Below, one piece after another: positions 56,518-64,000 of a DNA stretch of 64,000 nt. Under the pieces are notes generated by a model. It was not told where the DNA came from and searched no databases. It saw nothing but the letters and a program-made list of their open reading frames with translations. The DNA lies in assembly GCA_965215165.1 (NCBI GenBank), contig CBDCCX010000006.1, positions 622,959 through 686,958 of the forward strand. The letters run 5' to 3'. The stretch's first letter is position 1, and each line of letters opens with the position of its first letter. The stretch is from Rhodothermales bacterium. Lineage in GTDB: Bacteria > Bacteroidota > Rhodothermia > Rhodothermales > JANQRZ01. A program made the translations under genes and the position numbers.

Positions 56518-56841
56518 ATGAACGCCGACACCTCGGTCTCGCTCTACCACGTCGTGTCCGCCGAGGACGGCTTCGAGCGGGCCGCGCAGGACGTGGTGGC
56601 GCTGCTGCGCGAGGCGCAGGCGCGCTTCCCCGGCTGGCCCCGCGTGTTCTACCTCGACATCGCCGGGCACGCCGACGAGAGCGGGCGGCTCGACGAGGAC
56701 TTCGTCGAGTTCCAGCAGGAGTTCTTCTTCGCGGTCGTCGCCCCGTTCGTGACGGCCTTCGAACTGCCGCTCACCGGCGGCCTGGTCAACCCCGAGCCGC
56801 AGCGCAACGACGTCCCGGACCGGCTGAAGATTGGCGGGTGA
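56518..56841 (+). CDS. Hypothetical protein
   Basis: ATG at 56518 inside the GTG-initiated ORF 56473..56841. GC-rich third positions. No domain recognised. Confidence 0.4.
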   Translation: MNADTSVSLYHVVSAEDGFERAAQDVVALLREAQARFPGWPRVFYLDIAGHADESGRLDEDFVEFQQEFFFAVVAPFVTAFELPLTGGLVNPEPQRNDVPDRLKIGG

Positions 56842-56944
56842 GGTCGGGGGCTGGGAGGTTGGAAAAAAGTGATAAAGCTAACCCCCTCCATACGATTTGC
56901 GTCTAGCTTCTGGTTTGCCGTCCATCGTTTCCTGTCTTCTACGG

Positions 56945-57748
56945 ATGCCCACCATGCGCCTGCTGCTGCTCGCCCTCGTGCTCGTCCTCCTCGCCGGCTG
57001 CGACTCTGCTGACGACCCCGTTTCCTCGTCGCTGCTCCCCGACGACGCTCAGTACGCCTGGTCCCTCGAGCAGCGTACTGTCGAGACGGACTCCCTCACG
57101 CTCCGGCTCAGCGATGAGGCTGACGTTCGGGTCGTTGCCCGTGATGCGGCGGTGCCGGGCTACCGGAGCCTCACCGAGATCGAGACTTCGATGCGCTCGG
57201 CACCGGATTCGGTCAAGAGCCGGATGTGGTACGACGTGGCGGACGAGCAGCTACGCGAGGTGGCCTACCGAAATGCTGGCGCTGCCGTTTCTGCCCAGCC
57301 GCGAGGGGGCACCAGCTTTGCCGCGCCGTCCCTTTTCGCGCAGCCCTACACCGTCACCGAACTGCTCCGGCGTCGCGGCGGTGCCCGAGCCGCGAGCACC
57401 TCGCTCGACAGTCTCATCGTCCGCGAGGACCCGCGCGTCGTGTACCGCCTGCCCCTAGCCGTCGGGCAGGAGTGGGTGTCGTTCACCGACCCGTTCGGGA
57501 GTACGCGCGAGGTCGTAGGGCGGGAGACGATTACGGTCGCCGCCGGGACATTCGACTGCTTCGTGGTCCGAACCGAGATCGACATCGTGGCTGCGCGCGC
57601 GCAGTTCGAGTGGCTCGACTTCGTCTCGCCCGAGCACGGCCTGGTGCTGCGGACGATTGACACCGTTCAGGAGTACCGAGGCCCGGACAACCAAGGCGGA
57701 CTCTTGATTCGGTTCGTCGAGCGGCTGGAGCGGACGGGCGGCGCGTGA
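56945..57748 (+). CDS. Hypothetical lipoprotein
   Basis: ATG at 56945 (or 56954). Signal plus lipobox MRLLLLALVLVLLAGC. It lies 46 nt upstream of the S9 peptidase gene on the same strand. Confidence 0.6.
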   Translation: MPTMRLLLLALVLVLLAGCDSADDPVSSSLLPDDAQYAWSLEQRTVETDSLTLRLSDEADVRVVARDAAVPGYRSLTEIETSMRSAPDSVKSRMWYDVADEQLREVAYRNAGAAVSAQPRGGTSFAAPSLFAQPYTVTELLRRRGGARAASTSLDSLIVREDPRVVYRLPLAVGQEWVSFTDPFGSTREVVGRETITVAAGTFDCFVVRTEIDIVAARAQFEWLDFVSPEHGLVLRTIDTVQEYRGPDNQGGLLIRFVERLERTGGA

Positions 57749-57794
57749 CGCGCGCGGCGGCTATCTTCCCGGCGTCACGCACGCCGACGCTCCG

Positions 57795-60212
57795 ATGCTA
57801 CTCCGCCTCGCCCTCGCGCTCCTCCTCGCCGTGCCCGCCGCCGCGCAGCCCGCGCTGACGGTCGAGCAGATCATGCAGGACCCCGAGACCTGGATCGGGG
57901 CGTGGCCCTCGGACGTGTTCTGGACCGACGCCGGCGACGCCGTCTACTTCGCGTGGAACCCGCAGGGCCGCTTCCCCGCCGACTCCCTTTACAAGGTCGC
58001 GCCGGGCGAGGTCCAGCCGGAGAAGGTGAGCGCCGCCGAGCGCCGAGCGCTGCCGCCGCGCTTCGAAGGCTGGCACGCCGACCGCCTCGCCTACGCCCCC
58101 GACTTCGCCCGCCGCGTCTTCGAGCGCGACGGCGACCTCTGGCTCTACGACCTGGGCACGCAGCAGCTTCAGCGGCTCACCGAGACCCGCGAGCGCGAGG
58201 CCGACCCGCGCTTCTCGCCCGACGGCCGCCGCGTCGTCTTCGCCCGCGAGGGCAACCTCTTCTCGCTCGACCTCGCCGCCGCCCTCGTTCGGCAGCGGAC
58301 CGACCTCCGCGAAGGCACCGAGCCGGCCGCCGACACGCCGAGCGACCAGGACGCCTTCCTCGAACGGCAGCAGCTCGGCCTCTTCGACGTGCTCCGCGCC
58401 GCCGCCCGCGCCGACTCGCTCCGCGAGGCCGCCGAAGAAACCGAGACCGCCGCCCGCACCCTTCCGCCGACCTTCTGGCTCGGCGACCGCGAGGCGCAGC
58501 AGCTCACCCTCAGCCCCGACGAGCGCTTCGCCACCTTCGTCCTCGCCGAGCGCGCCACGCCGACCGAGACGGGCATGACGGACTACGTCACCCGCTCCGG
58601 CTACGCCGAGGCCCTCACGGCGCGGCCCAAGGTCGGCGCGCCGGGCGATACCTACACGCTCGTCGTCCAAGACCTCGCGCGGGACACGAGCTACACCGTC
58701 GACCTGACCACGCTGCCGGGGGCCTTCGACCCGCCGGACCCCGCCGAGCTTGGCGAGACCGCCGACTCGTCCCGCGTGCTGATCCCCTTCGGCCCGAGGT
58801 GGAGTCCCGACGGTCGCTTCGCGGTGCTCGACGTGCGGACGCGCGACAACAAGGACCGCTGGATCGCCCGGCTCGACGCCGAGGCCGGCACCGTCACGAG
58901 CCTCGACCACCAGCGCGACGACGCGTGGATCGCCGGGCCGGGCATCGCGTGGTGGGTCGGGCCGAGCGCGGGGGGGTGGCTGGACGGGCAGACGTACTGG
59001 TTTCAGAGCGAAGCCTCGGGCTACAGCCACCTCTGGACCGTAGACGCCGCGACGGGGGAGGCGCGGCAGCGCACCGACGGCGTGTTCGAGGTCGACAACG
59101 TGCAGCTCTCCCGCGACCGGCAGTGGTGGTACTTCAGCAGCAGCGAGGGCTCGCCCTACGAGCGGCACTACTACAGAACGCCCGTCGAGCCTGACCTGGC
59201 GCAAGCGGGAGGCGACCGTGACCGGCTGACGCGGATGACCGGGCGCAACGAGGTGGCCCTCGGTCCGGACGAGGACTGGCTCGGCATCCTCCACTCCGAG
59301 AGCACGCGCCCGCCCGAGGTCTTCGTCGAGCCGCCGCTCGCCGGCGAGACGCCCGCCCGGCAGCCGCCGGTGCGCCAGGTGACGACCTCGACCACCGCCG
59401 CGTGGCAGGCCTATCCGTGGCGCGAGGCCGAAATCGTCACGGTCCCGGCGAGCGACGGGGCGGAGGTCCCAGCGCGGATCTACCGGCCGGAGACCCCCAA
59501 CGGCGCGGCGGTCCTCTTCGTGCACGGCGCGGGGTATCTCCAGAACGCCCACCGCTGGTGGAGCAGCTACTTCCGCGAGTACCAGTTCCACAACCTCCTC
59601 GCCGACCGCGGCTACCTCGTGCTCGACCTCGACTACCGCGGCTCGGCCGGCTACGGCCGCGACTGGCGCACCGCCGTCTACCGGCACATGGGCGGGCGCG
59701 ACCTGCAGGACTACGTCGACGCCAGCCGGTGGGTCGGCACCGAGTTCGGGATCGGGCCGGAGCGCGTGGCGGTCTACGGTGGCTCCTACGGCGGCTTCCT
59801 CACGCTGATGGCCCTCTTCACCGAGCCGGAGCACTTCGGCGGCGGCGCGGCCCTCCGCTCGGTGACCGACTGGGCGCACTACAACCACGTCTACACCGCC
59901 AACATCCTCAACACGCCCGCCCGAGACTCGCTCGCCTACGCCCGGTCCTCCCCGATCCACTTCGCCGCCGGCCTCGAGGACCCACTGCTGCTGTGCCACG
60001 GCCTGGTCGACACGAACGTGCAGCCCCAGGACATCTTCCGCCTGAGCCAGCGCCTGATCGAGCTGGGCAAGACCGACTGGGAGCTGGCGCTCTATCCGGT
60101 CGAGGGGCACAGCTTCGAGGAGCCGACGAGCTGGACCGACGAGTACCGCCGCATCCTCGACCTGATCGAGCACAGCGTCGGCCCGAGGCGGGCGGGCGGG
60201 ACGGAGGGGTGA
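57795..60212 (+). CDS. S9 family serine peptidase (DPP-IV-like propeller + alpha/beta-hydrolase)
   Basis: 805 aa. Signal peptide MLLRLALALLLAVPAAAQP. Propeller with SPDGR motifs. Catalytic region VAVYGGSYGGFLTL (GxSxGG), with HGLVDTNV and VEGHSF. Confidence 0.9.
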   Translation: MLLRLALALLLAVPAAAQPALTVEQIMQDPETWIGAWPSDVFWTDAGDAVYFAWNPQGRFPADSLYKVAPGEVQPEKVSAAERRALPPRFEGWHADRLAYAPDFARRVFERDGDLWLYDLGTQQLQRLTETREREADPRFSPDGRRVVFAREGNLFSLDLAAALVRQRTDLREGTEPAADTPSDQDAFLERQQLGLFDVLRAAARADSLREAAEETETAARTLPPTFWLGDREAQQLTLSPDERFATFVLAERATPTETGMTDYVTRSGYAEALTARPKVGAPGDTYTLVVQDLARDTSYTVDLTTLPGAFDPPDPAELGETADSSRVLIPFGPRWSPDGRFAVLDVRTRDNKDRWIARLDAEAGTVTSLDHQRDDAWIAGPGIAWWVGPSAGGWLDGQTYWFQSEASGYSHLWTVDAATGEARQRTDGVFEVDNVQLSRDRQWWYFSSSEGSPYERHYYRTPVEPDLAQAGGDRDRLTRMTGRNEVALGPDEDWLGILHSESTRPPEVFVEPPLAGETPARQPPVRQVTTSTTAAWQAYPWREAEIVTVPASDGAEVPARIYRPETPNGAAVLFVHGAGYLQNAHRWWSSYFREYQFHNLLADRGYLVLDLDYRGSAGYGRDWRTAVYRHMGGRDLQDYVDASRWVGTEFGIGPERVAVYGGSYGGFLTLMALFTEPEHFGGGAALRSVTDWAHYNHVYTANILNTPARDSLAYARSSPIHFAAGLEDPLLLCHGLVDTNVQPQDIFRLSQRLIELGKTDWELALYPVEGHSFEEPTSWTDEYRRILDLIEHSVGPRRAGGTEG

Positions 60213-60693
60213 CGAGCGGCTCGTCAGGTCCGCTGGGCGTGTTGCTGCATTGTTATTCCACTGGCCCTTCGCACCGCCGGGCCGGAGCAGCGGGCGATCT
60301 ACGACCCGGCAGCTGACGTGCTGCTCGACGACCGCTACGCGGCCATCCACCGCGTCGGGATCACGAGCGAGGGGTACACCTACGACCTGACCGCCCGCGC
60401 CCAGAAGCAGTTCAACGACTCGGGGGCGACGTACGCCTCGCGGTGGCTGATGCAGCTCGGCCTCCGGCTGTCGTTCTAGACGGGGTGCCTTTCTTGCCTC
60501 AGGCGGCAGGTTGTGGCTCGGTTTGCGGGGAGCGGCCTGCCACCTGCGTTTCGGAGGTCTCACGAAGGGCGGCATTAATCCTCGGTTAAGCCATACCGTC
60601 CGGCATTGCCCCGGCGTGTGAGGAGTGTATGTTGCCTTGCACCGAGCGCGCTGCCGCTCGCGCGTCCTCCGCCTCCCGCCTCCCGCCGCCTGC

Positions 60694-62868
60694 ATGTCCC
60701 GTCCGCCGCTGGCGTTTTGCCTCGTCCTCCTGGCCTGCACCGCGCCGGCCCTCGCGCAGCCGTTCGACGAGGCCACGCACGACATCGGCAACGTCGGCCT
60801 GACGGTCTCCAACGCGGGGTTCTACGGCAACCCCAACGTGCGCGGCACCCGCGGCGAGGGCGCGCCGTCGTTCGAGTACCCGCTCGAGAGCGGCATCGAG
60901 CACCTCTTCGAAGCCGGACTGTGGGTGGGGGCCGACCGCGGGGACATCATCACCGTCCGCACCGCCGCCATCACCAGCACCGGCGGCTACAACGCGGGCA
61001 ACACAGGCTACGAGACGACCCAGGCCAGCGTCATCCAGCGGCGCTCCTCGCTGCCCGAGTCGTCGGCCTTCACCCCGCTCGCCGTCAGCCAGCAGGACTT
61101 CGTCTCGACCTTCGTCGACACGGCGCGCGTGGTGCCCGGCACCTTCACCCCGACGCCCGACCCCGGCGGCGCGCTCGGCATGTCGGTCGAGAGTCGGAGC
61201 TACGCCTGGAGCTTCCCGTTCACCGAGTACTTCGTCATCGTCGAGCACGAGATCACGAACATCTCCGACGCGCCGTGGGACTCGGTCTGGGTCGGGATGT
61301 GGGACGACCTGGTGGTCCGCAACATCATCACCGTCGACAATACGGGCACGCCCTTCTTCAACAAGAGCGGGCGCGGCTTCCTCGGTTATCCCGAGTACGA
61401 CGCTGACGGCGCGCTCCTCGACGCCGCGCCGGACAGCCAGTTCGTCTCCTACGCCTGGAACGCCGGCGGCAGCGAGGAGAGCCTCAACACCTACGGCGCG
61501 ATCACCTTCCTCGGGGCCGAGTGGGACGACGGGGGCGAGCGGCGCTTCTTCCACCCCTTCCTCCAGGACGAGTACCGCGCGCTCGGCTACCCCGCGCCCC
61601 GCGCCAACCCCCGCTGGTGGAAGTTCACCGGGGCCTCAGACATCCTGGACCGGCCGAGCGACGACCTCGACCGCTACCAGCGCATGAAGACGCCAACGCC
61701 GCTCAATCAGCCGCTGCCGGGCGACGCCGTCACCCTCCGCGAGCGCCTCGCCACGGACGGGCTGACGAGCGAGGGCAACTGGATCAGCGTCTTCTCGGTC
61801 GGGCCGTTTCCCGAGGTCGCCCCCGGCGGGACGGTCACCGTCACGTGGGCCTTTGTCGCCGCGCTCAAGCCCGAGGCGTTCCAGACGATCTCGGCCCGGC
61901 CCATCGACAACGACGAGAGCCGCGAGCGCCTGCGCAACAACGTCTTCTGGGCCAAGCAGACCTATGCCGGCGAGGACTTCAACTTCAACGGCCGCCTCGA
62001 CCCCGGCGAGGACGTCAACGGCAACGGCACGCTCGACCGCTACCTCATCCCCGAGCCGCCGGCCTCGCCCGCGCTCCGCGCCGAGGCCGAGCGTGGCCGC
62101 GCCATCTTGTACTGGGACGCCTCGTCCGAGGAGAGCGTCGACCCGATCACCGGCCGCACCGACTTCGAGGGCTACCGCATCTACCGCACCGACCCCGGCG
62201 ACGACGTCGGCGGCAACCTCTTCGGCGAGGCCGACCTGGTCGCGCAGTTCGACCGGCCGGGCAACGAGACCGGTTTCAACACCGGCCTCGACGCCATCCG
62301 CCTCGACGCCCCGGTGACGTTCCCCGGCGACGAGCGGACCTACGAGTACCGCTACGTCGCCGACGGCCTGCTCAGCGGCTGGCAGTACGGCTTCGCCGTG
62401 ACCGCCTTCGACGAGGGCGACGCCGACGCCGGCCTGCCGTCGTTCGAGTCGAGCCGCGCCTCGAACGCCGTCCGCGTCTTCCCCGGCACCGCCGCCGTCG
62501 AGGGCGGGTCGCTGGAGCCCGTGGTCTACCCCAACCCGTACCGCGTGCGCGCGGCCTGGGACGGCACCGCCAACACCTCGCGCAAGCTCTACTTCTCGAA
62601 CCTCCCGGCGCGGGCCGACATCCGCGTCTACACCGTCGCCGGCGAGGTCGTCGCCGAGATGCGGCACGACGCCGGCAACCGCACCGGCTCCGACATCGGG
62701 TGGTACGACGCGCTCAGCGGCGAGAACCGCGTCACCGCCGGCGGCGAGTACGCCTGGGACATCCTGTCCGAGAACGGCTTGCAGATCGCCGGCGGCCTCT
62801 ACCTCTTCTCGGTCCGCAACCTCGACACCGGCCAGATCCAGACCGGCAAGTTCGTCGTCATCCGCTAG
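60694..62868 (+). CDS. Secreted protein with a T9SS type-A C-terminal sorting domain, unknown function
   Basis: ATG at 60694 with a signal peptide (MSRPPLAFCLVLLACTAPALAQ). N-terminal FEYPLESGIEHLFEAGLWVGA-type module. Asp/Asn-rich Ca-binding-like loop DFNFNGRLDPGEDVNGNGTLD. The C-terminus has VVYPNPYRV...GGLYLFSVRNLDTGQIQTGKFVVIR, typical of a T9SS C-terminal domain. Confidence 0.75.
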   Translation: MSRPPLAFCLVLLACTAPALAQPFDEATHDIGNVGLTVSNAGFYGNPNVRGTRGEGAPSFEYPLESGIEHLFEAGLWVGADRGDIITVRTAAITSTGGYNAGNTGYETTQASVIQRRSSLPESSAFTPLAVSQQDFVSTFVDTARVVPGTFTPTPDPGGALGMSVESRSYAWSFPFTEYFVIVEHEITNISDAPWDSVWVGMWDDLVVRNIITVDNTGTPFFNKSGRGFLGYPEYDADGALLDAAPDSQFVSYAWNAGGSEESLNTYGAITFLGAEWDDGGERRFFHPFLQDEYRALGYPAPRANPRWWKFTGASDILDRPSDDLDRYQRMKTPTPLNQPLPGDAVTLRERLATDGLTSEGNWISVFSVGPFPEVAPGGTVTVTWAFVAALKPEAFQTISARPIDNDESRERLRNNVFWAKQTYAGEDFNFNGRLDPGEDVNGNGTLDRYLIPEPPASPALRAEAERGRAILYWDASSEESVDPITGRTDFEGYRIYRTDPGDDVGGNLFGEADLVAQFDRPGNETGFNTGLDAIRLDAPVTFPGDERTYEYRYVADGLLSGWQYGFAVTAFDEGDADAGLPSFESSRASNAVRVFPGTAAVEGGSLEPVVYPNPYRVRAAWDGTANTSRKLYFSNLPARADIRVYTVAGEVVAEMRHDAGNRTGSDIGWYDALSGENRVTAGGEYAWDILSENGLQIAGGLYLFSVRNLDTGQIQTGKFVVIR

Positions 62869-62921
62869 CCTGACCCTTCCCCCTCACCGTCCTGCTCTCC
62901 TTCACGCAGCCCCCTGACCCC

Positions 62922-64000
62922 ATGAACACCGCTACCCGCCTCCTCGCGCTCGCCGCGCTGCTGCTCCCGGCCCTGCCGGCGGCGGCCCAGACGCCGCTCA
63001 CCGTGCGCGAGATCATCCGCGTCCCCCAGGCCAACCTCGACCAGCTCCAAGCCCTCGGCATCGACGCTACGCAGGACGACGTCGACCAGCTGATCGACTT
63101 CGAACAGTTCGGCGAGCAGGTCCAGTTCACCGCCGTCGTGCTGACCGACCCCTTCAACTCGGGCCTCGCTTCGTGGGACGGTACCGCGAACGTGCCGGGC
63201 CGCGTCCACGTCTTCGTCCGCGACACGACGGCCAACTCGCAGGGCTACGAGGGCATGAACGTCCAGCTCGTCGACGGCTCGGCGAGTGTGCTCGACATGC
63301 AGGTCGGCTTCGTCTACGACATCATCGGCGAGGTCGGCGAGTTCAACAACGTCATCCAGGTCAGCCCGAGCACCTTCGAGGTCGTCGGCTCCTACCAGTC
63401 GCTCGGGCTGCCGGACGCCATCGTCGAGCCGATTGACATCTCCACCGACGACCTCAACCGGGTCGTCGGGCAGGACGGCGACGGCAACGACGTCTTCCAG
63501 ACCAACTGGGCGAACTTCAACGACCTCAACAACCAGTACGTCCGCTTCGACGAGGCCGTCGTCGAGGCGAGCGTCGCCAACGACGCCGGGCGGCCGAACT
63601 ACCAGTGGCGCTCGTCGGGCGCGGACGCGGTCGTCAACGGCGACGACATCTCGCTGCGCTTCCGCAACGACCGCATCGGCGGCGACGGCTACCCGAACCC
63701 GCCCTACGGCACGCGCCCGGCGGGCGACCCGTTCGTGCCGCCGTCGACGGGGGCAGTGATCGAGATTCAGGGCTTCGCGGCGCTGCGGGCCTTCGACTTC
63801 GACAACGACATCGAGCCGGCCGCGATGTCGGTCGCCCCATGGACCGACGAGGACCTGCAGTCGCTCGAGTCGCCGCCGGTCTTCGGCAGCATCGAGGGGC
63901 CGGACGACGTGCCGGGCGACGAGGAGGTCGAAATCTCCGTCGAGGTCACGCAGGGGTCCAACCCGGTTGCGAGCGTCGTGCTGAGCTACGACGCTTCGAC
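62922..64000 (+). CDS. Secreted hypothetical protein, 3'-truncated by the window edge
   Basis: I translated this myself, because the ORF track omits it (no stop in the window). ATG at 62922, signal peptide MNTATRLLALAALLLPALPAAAQ. The frame is open to 64000 with GC-rich third positions and Asp/Asn/Val-rich sequence. Confidence 0.65.
   Translation, partial: MNTATRLLALAALLLPALPAAAQTPLTVREIIRVPQANLDQLQALGIDATQDDVDQLIDFEQFGEQVQFTAVVLTDPFNSGLASWDGTANVPGRVHVFVRDTTANSQGYEGMNVQLVDGSASVLDMQVGFVYDIIGEVGEFNNVIQVSPSTFEVVGSYQSLGLPDAIVEPIDISTDDLNRVVGQDGDGNDVFQTNWANFNDLNNQYVRFDEAVVEASVANDAGRPNYQWRSSGADAVVNGDDISLRFRNDRIGGDGYPNPPYGTRPAGDPFVPPSTGAVIEIQGFAALRAFDFDNDIEPAAMSVAPWTDEDLQSLESPPVFGSIEGPDDVPGDEEVEISVEVTQGSNPVASVVLSYDAS

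Overview
This is a 64-kb window from a very GC-rich chromosome, roughly 70% G+C by eye. One 60-nt sample at 39361-39420 has 43 G/C. Gene content points to a Rhodothermia-like member of the Bacteroidota (inference only): a cargo protein with a T9SS type-A C-terminal sorting domain, FloA, a CNNM/GldE-like protein, a DUF411 protein and a Cys-less L31. About 45 protein genes and 2 tRNAs can be supported.

Housekeeping content:
- moaA and moaC, deoA, rpmE, gyrA and pyk
- a thrA / MBL-hydrolase / dapB / dapA / dapD operon
- copA

Accessory or unusual content:
1. A 2972-aa cyclic beta-1,2-glucan synthase (Cgs/NdvB type). A YdeI-like gene, an MBOAT acyltransferase and a leaderless GH144-like glucanase lie downstream on the same strand. 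A cNMP-gated MscS-like channel is transcribed divergently from it. The spacer between them holds a collapsed sensor-kinase relic and a 14-bp x6 tandem array.
2. A three-gene PspA/IM30 module: a full-length PspA, a half-size paralog of the PspA C-terminus, and a 2-TM coiled-coil protein.
3. A 1003-aa fusion of an APH-like kinase, an M23 peptidase domain and a class-III aminotransferase (phospho-lyase type). It sits between copA and a DUF411 copper-accessory gene.
4. Two low-GC islets next to tRNA genes. The tRNA-Ala islet has a hairpin-dense element flanked by inverted repeats, an extremely AT-rich stretch and a low-GC lipoprotein gene. The tRNA-Arg islet has an Mrr-type restriction endonuclease gene inactivated by a 7-bp tandem duplication.
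5. A family of GGGCGACC/GGTCGCCC palindromic hairpins lying just 3' of genes.
6. Many short tandem duplications (7-18 bp units).

I see no CRISPR array, rRNA gene, transposase or integrase. The long ORFs antisense to real genes are treated as GC-driven shadow ORFs. All family assignments come from motif recognition by eye. None has been confirmed by an HMM or database search.
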